A DNA stretch of 64,000 nt. Origin: Polynucleobacter sp. JS-Safj-400b-B2 (GTDB taxonomy: Bacteria > Pseudomonadota > Gammaproteobacteria > Burkholderiales > Burkholderiaceae). The notes beneath the pieces are model-generated. The model was given only the letters and a program-made list of their open reading frames with translations, was not told the DNA's origin and did no database searches. How positions within the stretch are numbered: position 1 is the first letter of the stretch; each line of letters opens with the position of its first letter. Position numbers and translations under genes: made by a program. Location of the stretch: positions 202,290 to 266,289 of the forward strand of contig NZ_JACVPJ010000004.1 of the NCBI RefSeq assembly GCF_018881975.1, written 5' to 3'. Below, in pieces: positions 28,499 to 37,130 of this stretch.

Positions 28499-28803
28499 GA
28501 TGGCGAGCCAATAACTACAATTGATGAAATATCAGGGTGTTTTGTATAGCGGTTGATCTGGCGAAGGGCTTGAGCTAGGGATCCTTGGATTTTGACCTCA
28601 AGCGCAATGCCGCCATCAATAATGAAATCCGGCCTATCCTTGGCGGTCAATGCTTGTTCGCGCGCATAGGAAATTTTGCGCTGTTGTAGTAATTGCTCAA
28701 TTCCATTCTGAAGGTCAAGCTCAGATGCAAACCGGAATCTCACTCCTTCAAAAACCTGTGCAAGAGAAGAGGGAGTTATATTGTTTTGCGCAAATAGTGA
28801 CAT
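28423..28803 (-). CDS. Small PD-(D/E)xK-like protein (126 aa) overlapping the 5' end of the SNF2 gene
   Basis: DRPDFIIDGGIALEVK fits a D-x(n)-E-x-K restriction-endonuclease-fold motif. It overlaps the helicase ORF by 76 nt in another frame. Confidence 0.4.
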   Translation of the reverse strand: MSLFAQNNITPSSLAQVFEGVRFRFASELDLQNGIEQLLQQRKISYAREQALTAKDRPDFIIDGGIALEVKIQGSLAQALRQINRYTKHPDISSIVVIGSPSWVGQIPLTVGSKPVTSIRITESLL

Positions 28804-28833
28804 TAGTTAAGTTTGATGTTCAAAATGTTGAAA

Positions 28834-29805
28834 TCAAATAAATAGGCTAAATTCAGGAGCATTTTTAAATCTTTCGGCCCCACCTCTCGCGTAGTCGTAG
28901 ATAACATCGCAGGCAAGCCAACGACGACCGAGTTCTTGAGCCGCTTTGGCGGTAGTAAAGGATCCCGCCATTGGGTCGACTACCAAGTCATCTTTTTGCG
29001 TCATAAATTCAATTAAGAATTTCGACATACTTAATGGGTAGCCTGCGCCATGAGCCTCGACACCCAAATCTTTAGCTGCCTTTTTATAAGCACGCTGATC
29101 TGCGCAGTTATGCGGGAAAGTGAGAAGATTGCGAGGAATCCGACCTGGTGTGGGGCTGGAGTAGCTACCTTCTTTGACCGTGTAAGCGCCGTCGGAGCTA
29201 ATTCTTTTTTGAGTAACGCCGCCAGCCTCAATGAACTTGAGGTGTTTTTCAGTATGCGGTTGCAATACTCGTCTATTGTTTGATCGGCATTCCTTTGGGT
29301 CTAAGCAAAACCAATAGATCGGCTCCCATCCGACGTTAAGCTGTTGCCGTGTTTTGCTTGCCCATTCCATTGGCCCTGGCGGCTTACAAGGGTTATGCCA
29401 AATTAATTCATCCATTTTGAAAAGGCCAAGGCGATCATGCAATGCAATTACAAGCCTCTCGCGGTATAAGCTCCGAGCAGGTAGTCCGGCGAGGAAAATG
29501 TCATTACTTAAATTCAAACAAATACTTCCACTTTTAGCCATGTTCTTGATGACGGGCTCCATGGCTGAGCAGATAAAATCGACATATTCTGATTCTGGGG
29601 GATTGCCATAGGCGCGCGGCTTACGAAGCGGGTAGGGCGGAGAAGTAAGGCAAAGATGAATTTGCTGACCATCTAGACGGCTAAAAATATCCTTACAGTC
29701 ACCCCATAAGGCGATTCCAAGATCGGTTGAAAAAGCGAGTAGTATTTTTCCAGCCTGAATCCTCTCAAATTTTTTCGGGTATCCGAGTTTTGTGGTTGAT
29801 GCTGC
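28834..29805 (-). CDS. Beta-class amino-methyltransferase (N6-adenine or N4-cytosine) whose N-terminus is interrupted by an in-frame TAA, with no canonical start codon before motif IV
   Basis: Motif IV SPPY (29622 region) precedes motif I DPMAGSFTT, the beta-class order. The conserved N-terminal ALWGDCKDIF...LTSPPY lies upstream of the only ATG (29562). An ATG at 29835 is followed by a TAA at 29806-29808 in the same frame. Confidence 0.75.
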   Translation of the reverse strand, partial: AASTTKLGYPKKFERIQAGKILLAFSTDLGIALWGDCKDIFSRLDGQQIHLCLTSPPYPLRKPRAYGNPPESEYVDFICSAMEPVIKNMAKSGSICLNLSNDIFLAGLPARSLYRERLVIALHDRLGLFKMDELIWHNPCKPPGPMEWASKTRQQLNVGWEPIYWFCLDPKECRSNNRRVLQPHTEKHLKFIEAGGVTQKRISSDGAYTVKEGSYSSPTPGRIPRNLLTFPHNCADQRAYKKAAKDLGVEAHGAGYPLSMSKFLIEFMTQKDDLVVDPMAGSFTTAKAAQELGRRWLACDVIYDYARGGAERFKNAPEFSLFI

Positions 29806-29898
29806 TTAAATTACTATGCGTTGAATAATTTTCATTTTGATTGATGACACTAATAAAACATTTATGCATTCATCTACTTGGATACAGAAGTCAACCGC

Positions 29899-30498
29899 CT
29901 AAATATCACCACCCTTTGCCTTGCTGCCAAGGTAGCCGCTATGGTGACGCAGGGCGTAATCATTGGCTCCATACCCCGACATTTGCACCACTAAAACAGC
30001 CAATACATCACCAATGACAGTCATGGCGGTAGTCGAAGTGGTTGGCGTAAGCCCAAGCGGGCAGGCCTCCACTGGATCGCCAGTCCATAGTACGAAATCG
30101 GACTTATTGGCCAATGGCGAGTTTTGCTTGCCCGTAATAGCGATAATTTTGAGGGAGGGAATGAGGCGTTTTGCAAGGGTCTCTAGCTCCAAGACTTCTC
30201 GCGTCTGGCCGGAGTTTGATATGAGCATCAATACATCGTTTTGATGAAGAAGCCCTAAATCACCATGTTGTGCCTCTAGTGGGTGCAAAAACGCGCTTGG
30301 CAAACCAACAGAGCAAAAAGTAACAGCCATCTTCTTGCCGACCTCGCCAGCTTTCCCCACACCGCTGATGACAAGTTTTCCACTATTTGCCTTAGCTTTT
30401 AAAAAGAGTTTGGTACATTGCTCAAAAGGATTTTCCTTTGGAATGAAGGCAATTGCCCTAGCCTCAGCGGCGAGTACATCTTGGATTATTTTTATCAA
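29899..30498 (-). CDS. SIS (sugar isomerase) domain protein, KpsF/GutQ N-terminal-domain-like
   Basis: VISGVGKAGEVGKKMAVTF...HPLEAQHGDLG matches the SIS phosphosugar-binding fold. The protein is 199 aa with no CBS domains. Confidence 0.7.
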   Translation of the reverse strand: MIKIIQDVLAAEARAIAFIPKENPFEQCTKLFLKAKANSGKLVISGVGKAGEVGKKMAVTFCSVGLPSAFLHPLEAQHGDLGLLHQNDVLMLISNSGQTREVLELETLAKRLIPSLKIIAITGKQNSPLANKSDFVLWTGDPVEACPLGLTPTTSTTAMTVIGDVLAVLVVQMSGYGANDYALRHHSGYLGSKAKGGDI

Positions 30499-30600
30499 AA
30501 TTTAGTCCGTTTATTGTGGATGCGACTTGGATGCAATGCAGTCAGCCAATCACAAAACTCTGTTTATGAGTTAATTGCTATTTTGCACGATATGGGTAAA

Positions 30601-30879
30601 TCAATCATGAAACTCGGATACCCATTTTTTCTTGCCAGCATCAGTAAGGCGCCATTCTGACCGATTGCCGGCGGGCTCAAGCAAACCAAGTCGCTTTAAA
30701 TCTTGCTGGTACCATCGGATTTTTCGATTGAGGATATTGTGCTTTTGCCTGCACTTACCAACGGGCTGTACTGAATCGCCAGAATTTGGCGCAACTTTGT
30801 TATAAAGGGATTTATTACTCAGCGTTCCGGTGCCGGCGTAGGCTTGGGCGATATCGAATAGGTCTATTTGTTTTGGCAT
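30601..30879 (-). CDS. Small basic protein (92 aa), possibly winged-helix
   Basis: RWYQQDLKRLGLLE...LTDAGKKKW wing-like segment. Confidence 0.3.
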   Translation of the reverse strand: MPKQIDLFDIAQAYAGTGTLSNKSLYNKVAPNSGDSVQPVGKCRQKHNILNRKIRWYQQDLKRLGLLEPAGNRSEWRLTDAGKKKWVSEFHD

Positions 30880-30961
30880 GTACTATTTGACCGTTTGTAA
30901 TTTGAAAAGCAAACGTGAAATACCGCCACAATTTAGATGTGGCGGTATTTAAAACTACTAA

Positions 30962-33040
30962 CTAGGTTAATTCAGTAGCCTGCGGAGCCTCGGATGCCTT
31001 TGAAGCGATAACCTGAACCTGTGGGATGCTCTTATCGTCACCCTTCTTAAGCCCATCATGCAGCATAGTGCCAAGTAAGACATCCACTAAAGAGCCATTG
31101 GACCCCGTACCTCCACCGGCAATAATATCGGGAACCAATTTCACGCCAGCACTGGCGAGCGCTTGAGCCACTTGAACCAATGCGTAGTTACCCGATTCCA
31201 TGGAATCAATCTTTTGCTTGATAACATCGGCCTCTGCACCGCCAATGGCTTTCACTTTTGCCGCCTCTGCATCACCGGTTACGCGCGTAACCTGGGCATC
31301 AGCTTCAGCGTTAATCGTCTTGGACTTGGCGTCTCCCTCGGCCGAAGCGATTGCTGCTTTCGCCGTAAATTCAGCAATGGCAACTTTTCGCTCAGCATCA
31401 ACCACCTGAGCCTGTGTGTTCGCAAGTGCAGTTGCTTGCTCTAGGGTTTGGCGAACAGATTGGGCATCCTTTTGCGTTTCATAGGTTACTTTTTCTTGAT
31501 CGGCAATTTTTCGGTCTGTGAGCGTTTTCATTAATGCGTCAGGAGGTGAAATATCGCCGATCAACGTTTCTACAGCGCCAACGTTGTATTCGGCCAAAGC
31601 GTTGCCAATGGCTTCTTTAGCCTCCTTTTGACGCTCGGTGCGGGCGTTTAGAAATCCAATAACATCGGATTCTTGAGCTGAATTGCGGAAGTAGTTACCA
31701 ATCATTGGCTCCAATACCTGAGTGACCAAGGCATCCATGCTGCCAAATCGTGCGATTACCTTGGGGGCGTCATTACGCGGAATATGAATGATCTGGCTTA
31801 CATCCAAGTTAAACGTAAAGCCATCGGCAGAGCGCACGGTGATGGTTGATAGCTTCTCATCTAATTTATGAGCTTCGCTCTTCGCGTTGGCCCAGTTCAG
31901 GACTACGTTAGCAGTCGGAACATTAATGACCTTGCGTGTATAGGGGTTGAATGCATATTTACCGGGATCAAGAACATCATTCCACACACCTTTTTCACCC
32001 TTACTCACTAGATTTCCGTGCTTAAACTCTTCGCCGGATAAATCCCTGCCTTCCTTGCCAACGTAAGAGACAACTACACCAACGTGAGCAATCGGAACCT
32101 CGACCATGTTCACAATTTCAACGGTTGCAAAGCGAGGATTAATAAAGTAGCGGCCCGCTTGCAATACTTGCTCTTGCAAGCCTTTAGTGCCGCCTCCCTC
32201 AACAAAAGCTTTCGGGTCTTGGAACATACTATGACCTGTAATCTCAGGGCCAGCAATCTCACCTGTTTTAAGTGGCTCACCTTCGCGCGTTGTAACGACG
32301 CCAATTTGGTTATCTGGGATATCAACTACATCAACTAATTTCACGTCAAATAAGGCGGTATTAATGCGATAGTTTCCTTGCGGAATCACGCTCATTTGTG
32401 GACCACGTTGACCGCCATTGCCCATAAACTCGGATGCATTCTGAAAGGAGTCGCAGCTAACGCTATTGGCAATAATTCTGCCATCCTGTAGCGGCTTCCC
32501 ATCCTTTGCCTCTACTACGCCGATCTTTCCGCTGGGGATTGATATGATATCAACAGCCTCAACACTGAAGAGAAGGGTGTTGATGCGCCAAGACCCTTGG
32601 GAAAGAACGCCCATTTGTGGTCCGCGTTGACCGCCATTGGATAGGAATGCCCTCGCATCCTGGAAGTTGCTCGACTCTACTTGTTTTGCAATGATACGTC
32701 CTTCTGGTAAAGAGTCTCCGTCACGGGCTTGAACAATACCAATTTGACCCTGACGAATACTGACAAAGGGCTTGAGCTCTACCAAGTATTGCCATGGCCA
32801 TAGGCCAATATGCAATCCTGGCGCCAAAGTATCGGCCTGATAGCCAGCCTCGCCATTAAGCGCGATGATACGATTTGCAGGCAAACTTTTGTTACCAAGC
32901 AAAACAAATTTCTTTGTAACCACACCAATTGAATCGTCAGGAACGATGATGACGCCAAATGTCCAAAGTACATACTTATAGCCGAGTACGGCTAGAATTG
33001 CTGGCAGAATCCACCAGTATTGAATAATTGTCTCGAACAT
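30962..33040 (-). CDS. Flotillin-like SPFH protein (YqiK family) with an internally duplicated region
   Basis: N-terminal TM, an SPFH core and a C-terminal Ala/Glu-rich flotillin coiled-coil. The segments GGQRGPQMGVLSQGSWRINT and GGQRGPQMSVIPQGNYRINT form a tandem duplication. Confidence 0.75.
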   Translation of the reverse strand: MFETIIQYWWILPAILAVLGYKYVLWTFGVIIVPDDSIGVVTKKFVLLGNKSLPANRIIALNGEAGYQADTLAPGLHIGLWPWQYLVELKPFVSIRQGQIGIVQARDGDSLPEGRIIAKQVESSNFQDARAFLSNGGQRGPQMGVLSQGSWRINTLLFSVEAVDIISIPSGKIGVVEAKDGKPLQDGRIIANSVSCDSFQNASEFMGNGGQRGPQMSVIPQGNYRINTALFDVKLVDVVDIPDNQIGVVTTREGEPLKTGEIAGPEITGHSMFQDPKAFVEGGGTKGLQEQVLQAGRYFINPRFATVEIVNMVEVPIAHVGVVVSYVGKEGRDLSGEEFKHGNLVSKGEKGVWNDVLDPGKYAFNPYTRKVINVPTANVVLNWANAKSEAHKLDEKLSTITVRSADGFTFNLDVSQIIHIPRNDAPKVIARFGSMDALVTQVLEPMIGNYFRNSAQESDVIGFLNARTERQKEAKEAIGNALAEYNVGAVETLIGDISPPDALMKTLTDRKIADQEKVTYETQKDAQSVRQTLEQATALANTQAQVVDAERKVAIAEFTAKAAIASAEGDAKSKTINAEADAQVTRVTGDAEAAKVKAIGGAEADVIKQKIDSMESGNYALVQVAQALASAGVKLVPDIIAGGGTGSNGSLVDVLLGTMLHDGLKKGDDKSIPQVQVIASKASEAPQATELT

Positions 33041-33202
33041 AAATTCCTTTGTAATGTTTATAGGGATTGAGTAGAGTTAAATCTAGCGATCAATATTCGC
33101 ACTGAACTTATGCAAGTCAAATCGCAAGAAGTATCAATATTTGTCGAGAATTTAAAATAATTAAAGCCGCACAAGGCGGCTTTAATTAACTCAAAATGGA
33201 TG

Positions 33203-33847
33203 TCAGAACTTGTAACCCAGCCCCATCATTAAGTTGTAGTTTTGGGATTGAACTTGATAGACACCACCATCGCTATTGGCAAAATTAGACTTGTTGTTAG
33301 CAATGTAATTTGCCTCAACATAACCGTAGATATTGTCGGTAATGTACTGCTTATCGCCAATGCCGAGAGCCAAACCATTAATTGAATGATAGTCGCCATT
33401 GATGCCAAATTGGGTATTCTCGTAACCAACTTTTGCATACAGGAGTGATGTTGAGCTAAGGGCGTAGGCTGGAACCAAGGAGAGGTTGATGGGATTGCGC
33501 AATGCTACGTTACCGGTGGAGCATTTGGCAGGGCCTGTGCCGCTAAGCGTGTAATTGCCAGCACCAAGCCTATTAAACCCATAGTCCGCACTAACTCCAA
33601 GAAGGTAACGACTGTCGAGTGAAGTCATATAGCCGATACCAAAACTTGTTGGCACCTGGACTTCCGACGAATTGCTTGCCTGATAATTTTTACCGCCCAT
33701 TAAAACATTATTGCTTTTGAAGTTTGAATCTTGAACGCCGACGCCAATTTGGGCGTCAAACCCTTCGAATCGATGTGAAACTTGAGCCATGGCTCCGGTA
33801 GATAAAACGGTTGCAGCAATTGCCGCGACAAGAACAGTACTTCGCAT
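33203..33847 (-). CDS. Outer-membrane beta-barrel protein (OmpW/OmpA-like small porin)
   Basis: Signal peptide with AMAQ cleavage, alternating amphipathic strands and a C-terminal GLGYKF aromatic terminus. Confidence 0.55.
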   Translation of the reverse strand: MRSTVLVAAIAATVLSTGAMAQVSHRFEGFDAQIGVGVQDSNFKSNNVLMGGKNYQASNSSEVQVPTSFGIGYMTSLDSRYLLGVSADYGFNRLGAGNYTLSGTGPAKCSTGNVALRNPINLSLVPAYALSSTSLLYAKVGYENTQFGINGDYHSINGLALGIGDKQYITDNIYGYVEANYIANNKSNFANSDGGVYQVQSQNYNLMMGLGYKF

Positions 33848-33918
33848 ATAAATTCCTAATAAGATATACAGGGTTTAAGAGGTTGAGATGGGCGCGTGGT
33901 TGGCGCGCTCCTTACGAA

Positions 33919-34164
33919 TTAGTTGGCAACAACTGCTTTTTTGGCGGCTTTATGGTGCAATTTAGATGCTGTTTTCTTTTGGAGCTTTTCCGCTGCAGCG
34001 GCTTTTGGGGCTTCCGGCTTAATTTGGTTGGCCTTGACTTCGACCTCTACTGCAGCCTGTTCCTTTGCCGCATCTTCGATGCTTTGCGGTGTAACCTGGC
34101 TTGTTAAGGCAAAAGCGCTGAGGGTGAGGGTGCTTAATAGTGATGCAGCTAGTAATTTTTTCAT
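33919..34164 (-). CDS. Small secreted Ala/Lys-rich protein
   Basis: Signal peptide MKKLLAASLLSTLTLSAFA. Confidence 0.4.
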   Translation of the reverse strand: MKKLLAASLLSTLTLSAFALTSQVTPQSIEDAAKEQAAVEVEVKANQIKPEAPKAAAAEKLQKKTASKLHHKAAKKAVVAN

Positions 34165-34716
34165 CTTTGAATCCTTGAGAAGAAAGTGAAAGTCAATATT
34201 GACTTATGGTTAGCTTATGAAGTTATTGCGAAAAGAAACCATTGAATAATCAAAAAATTATTTCCGAATTAAAGAAACTCATTGATATCCTCGATTAATA
34301 TCGATCTTCTGGGTGGGTCCTTTCGATTTTTGCATGCCCAGCACGAACAAATCGCCGGAGTTTGGGAAACCATACCTAGAAGTCGCTTGGTTAGAGATGC
34401 TCTTCCAGCCCAATATTTGCACCTCAACTTTTTAATTCTGGCGAGTTGACTGCGACGAGTTTTTCTTAACGGAGTTTCGATTTTTCCTAATGCATCCATA
34501 CACACCTCTTCGGGATTGAATTGATAGGCACAACAAATAACATCCCAAAAGGATGAAAAATAGGATGTTGATTCTGTGCGCCATTTTTCAAAGATAGAGC
34601 CAATTAAATAGTTAAAAAATTGAATTGCATACTATTTTTTGCGTATTTGTAAACGCACAGAATTTTGCGGAGTTAAATTTAGGGTAGCCAATATCGGCCT
34701 TTATGGAGAATTAAAA

Positions 34717-34956
34717 ATGAAGAAATCGCTATTAACTTTTGCCTTGTTAGCTGCAGCTGGCGCAGCCTTGGCTCAGGTCACTCCGCCCCAACAAGATGGT
34801 CATGGTGAGCCGCCAAAACACGGTAATTTTGCAGAACATAAGCAGAAAGCTATCGCCGAATTGCAGTCACACTTGAACTGCGTGCAAGCATCACAAAATC
34901 TGGAGCAGTTAAAGGAATGCCGTCATAAACCACGGGGAATGGGTTCTGATCGTTAA
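34717..34956 (+). CDS. Small secreted protein
   Basis: Start chosen at MKKSLLTFALLAAAGAALAQ, a signal peptide. Confidence 0.4.
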   Translation: MKKSLLTFALLAAAGAALAQVTPPQQDGHGEPPKHGNFAEHKQKAIAELQSHLNCVQASQNLEQLKECRHKPRGMGSDR

Positions 34957-35125
34957 AAAAACAATGACCACCGCAGCACTTAGTTAAGACTTCAGCGCTA
35001 CTTAAATATCCAGCGCTGAAGTTTATCCACAGCTTTATCAAGCCTAAACCAAATAAAAATATAAAGAATGGCCCCAGCCATTATTATCCACGTTACGGTG
35101 AAGTTGATCCAGTAGTCAGTAAAGC

Positions 35126-35401
35126 TCAATTGATGTACTGCCCAATTTTGGAATTTTGCTTGCTTCGTGTTTGATAGCGTTTTTCATAGTCCTCGGCACA
35201 CTCAACAGAGCAAAACCGACTCACCCCCTTAAATACTGGATCGGTGATTTCATCCGGACAATTTAAGCAATGAGTAAATGTCGCCTGACCTGCGGCTTCT
35301 TTTGCCTTGCGTTGGACCTCAACAAGCTGCCTGCGAGCGGCAACCTGGGCATCAATTGTGCCCTGGGCCGTATCGTTTGCCGCATCAATATCATCTGCCA
35401 T
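35126..35401 (-). CDS. TraR/DksA-family C4 zinc-finger protein
   Basis: CLNCPDEI...CSVEC four-Cys finger at the C-terminus of a roughly 90 aa helical protein. Confidence 0.6.
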   Translation of the reverse strand: MADDIDAANDTAQGTIDAQVAARRQLVEVQRKAKEAAGQATFTHCLNCPDEITDPVFKGVSRFCSVECAEDYEKRYQTRSKQNSKIGQYIN

Positions 35402-35527
35402 TTTTACCCCAATCATTTATAAGGGATTAATTTGAGCACTGCAAAAGAGGCTTGCAAGTTCAAATAATTCATTTTTATTGAGGGCATTCATTTCTCAACC
35501 CACTGTGGAAAAACAAATCATTGGGGG

Positions 35528-36517
35528 ATGATCAATCACGAAACAATCTTATCGACGCTTTACATTGCACTAAACCCCATCAAAGAATATTTGGAGGGTG
35601 ATGGCATCAATGAAATCATGATTAATCCAGGGGGCGATGTCTGGATTGAGCGAAGGGGAATGATTGAGCATATTGGCGTTTTACTCAACGAGAATCAAAT
35701 AAAATTCGCCATTTATTCGGTAGCCAAACTCACCGGTAAGGCGGCAAGCCCAGGCGATGAAAATGCGCTAGTCAACGCAGCTTTTGAAGATTTTCGTTTT
35801 GCAGGAGTGCTGCATCCCATTTCACCTGATGGAAGCACGATTTGCATTCGAAAACATCAGGATAAAAGTCAGAGGCAGACTTTTGAAGATATGATTGACT
35901 GCGCCATGATTACCCAATCTCAAGGCGATTTTATATTGGATATGTTTGTTAAAAAGCATCAAAATATCATCATCGCAGGTATTACTGGCTCGGGCAAAAC
36001 AACCCTTTTAAATGCAATTGCCGGAAAAATACCAAACCATGAACGGGTGGTTACGATTGAAGATACAAGAGAACTCCATATATCTGTGGCGAATAAAGTA
36101 TCACTGTTATCAAATGAGCTTAACAATATTCATGCGGTAGATTTGGTTAAAGAGGCTTTGCGCCTGCGCCCGGACCGGATATTGCTAGGGGAAACACGTG
36201 GGTCAGAAACATTCGACTTAATAAGGGCCTTTAATTCGGGCCACGCCGGCATATCCACTGTACATGCTAATTCAGCAGTGCTGGCCTTAGATGCGATTGA
36301 GATGCTTTATCAAATGAGCCTACCAAAAGGAGCGGGCATTAGTTCGGCAGTGGTAAGACAGTACATTGCAAAATCAGTCAACATGACTATCTATGCAAAT
36401 CGACGATATATCCCGCAGCCAGACGGCACTATTCGCGCCGTTCGTAAAGTTGAGGAAATTTGTGTAATCAAGGGGCTTGATCGCGATGGAAATTACGAGG
36501 TTGAATACATCAAATAA
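35528..36517 (+). CDS. trbB: VirB11/TrbB-family type IV secretion ATPase
   Basis: Walker A GITGSGKTT, TIEDTRE (the Asp box), Walker B RILLGETRG and the His box HAGISTVHANS. Confidence 0.8.
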   Translation: MINHETILSTLYIALNPIKEYLEGDGINEIMINPGGDVWIERRGMIEHIGVLLNENQIKFAIYSVAKLTGKAASPGDENALVNAAFEDFRFAGVLHPISPDGSTICIRKHQDKSQRQTFEDMIDCAMITQSQGDFILDMFVKKHQNIIIAGITGSGKTTLLNAIAGKIPNHERVVTIEDTRELHISVANKVSLLSNELNNIHAVDLVKEALRLRPDRILLGETRGSETFDLIRAFNSGHAGISTVHANSAVLALDAIEMLYQMSLPKGAGISSAVVRQYIAKSVNMTIYANRRYIPQPDGTIRAVRKVEEICVIKGLDRDGNYEVEYIK

Positions 36518-36646
36518 TTTTTAATTTATCAACGACCATGTAAGCACTAGTGGTCTGTGGTCGTTGCCATAAGCTGTTGATTTAAAACAAATCTCATTTT
36601 TTACAATACGACCATCGAGGGTATTTTTTTTGAAATGAAATATATA

Positions 36647-36672
36647 AACCGGGACGAATCCCGGCTTTTATG
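36647..36672. terminator. Bidirectional hairpin terminator (ccggga-cgaat-cccgg) between convergent genes
   Basis: GC stem followed by CTTTTA on the plus strand and by a T-rich tract on the minus strand. Confidence 0.5.
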
Positions 36673-36688
36673 GTGTCAATTAAATTTA

Positions 36689-37057
36689 CTATTGGACAAT
36701 CCAACCCGTTGGGCAAGACTGTGCGACTGGGTAGAAAGCATTTGAAGGAGGGCAGAAATAAGTTAAAGGCCGTACATTTGGGTTTGGCTGCGTAACAAAT
36801 ACTTGCGGTTGCTGTTGAATGTAAATGGCTTGTGGTTGAACGTATGCGGACGGATAGTAAGGTCCATAACTATAGCCATAAGATCCATACCCATATCCGT
36901 AAGGAGCGTATGGGCGGTAATAGGAGTTTGCTGCAATAACGGTGCCGACCATCGCCCCACCAAGCAGGGCCGCACCCCAATTTCCGCCTCCATGAGCAAA
37001 AGATGGCGATGATAATAGTCCAGTTGTTGCCAATAATGCGATTAGAATTTTTTTCAT
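36689..37057 (-). CDS. Secreted Gly/Tyr-rich protein
   Basis: Signal peptide MKKILIALLATTGLLSSPSFA, then GYGYGSYGYSYGPYY repeats. Confidence 0.45.
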   Translation of the reverse strand: MKKILIALLATTGLLSSPSFAHGGGNWGAALLGGAMVGTVIAANSYYRPYAPYGYGYGSYGYSYGPYYPSAYVQPQAIYIQQQPQVFVTQPNPNVRPLTYFCPPSNAFYPVAQSCPTGWIVQ

Positions 37058-37130
37058 TTTTCCCCAAATCAGAGTCGTTGTTGGTACCTTAACAGTATTG
37101 CCGGTGATTTTGTTGACACAAGTTAACCAT

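Noticed and set aside
31163-32973. Several 60-90 aa ORFs on both strands inside the flotillin gene
   Set aside because: They are fully contained in a 692 aa CDS with clear SPFH/flotillin features and are low-complexity Ala/Ser-rich translations of the opposite strand or other frames.
34269-34505. The 78 aa minus-strand ORF in the OMP / small-secreted-protein intergenic region
   Set aside because: It has no RBS or motif, is rich in Arg/Cys from an AT-skewed frame, and sits in a promoter-like AT-rich region. It is likely spurious.
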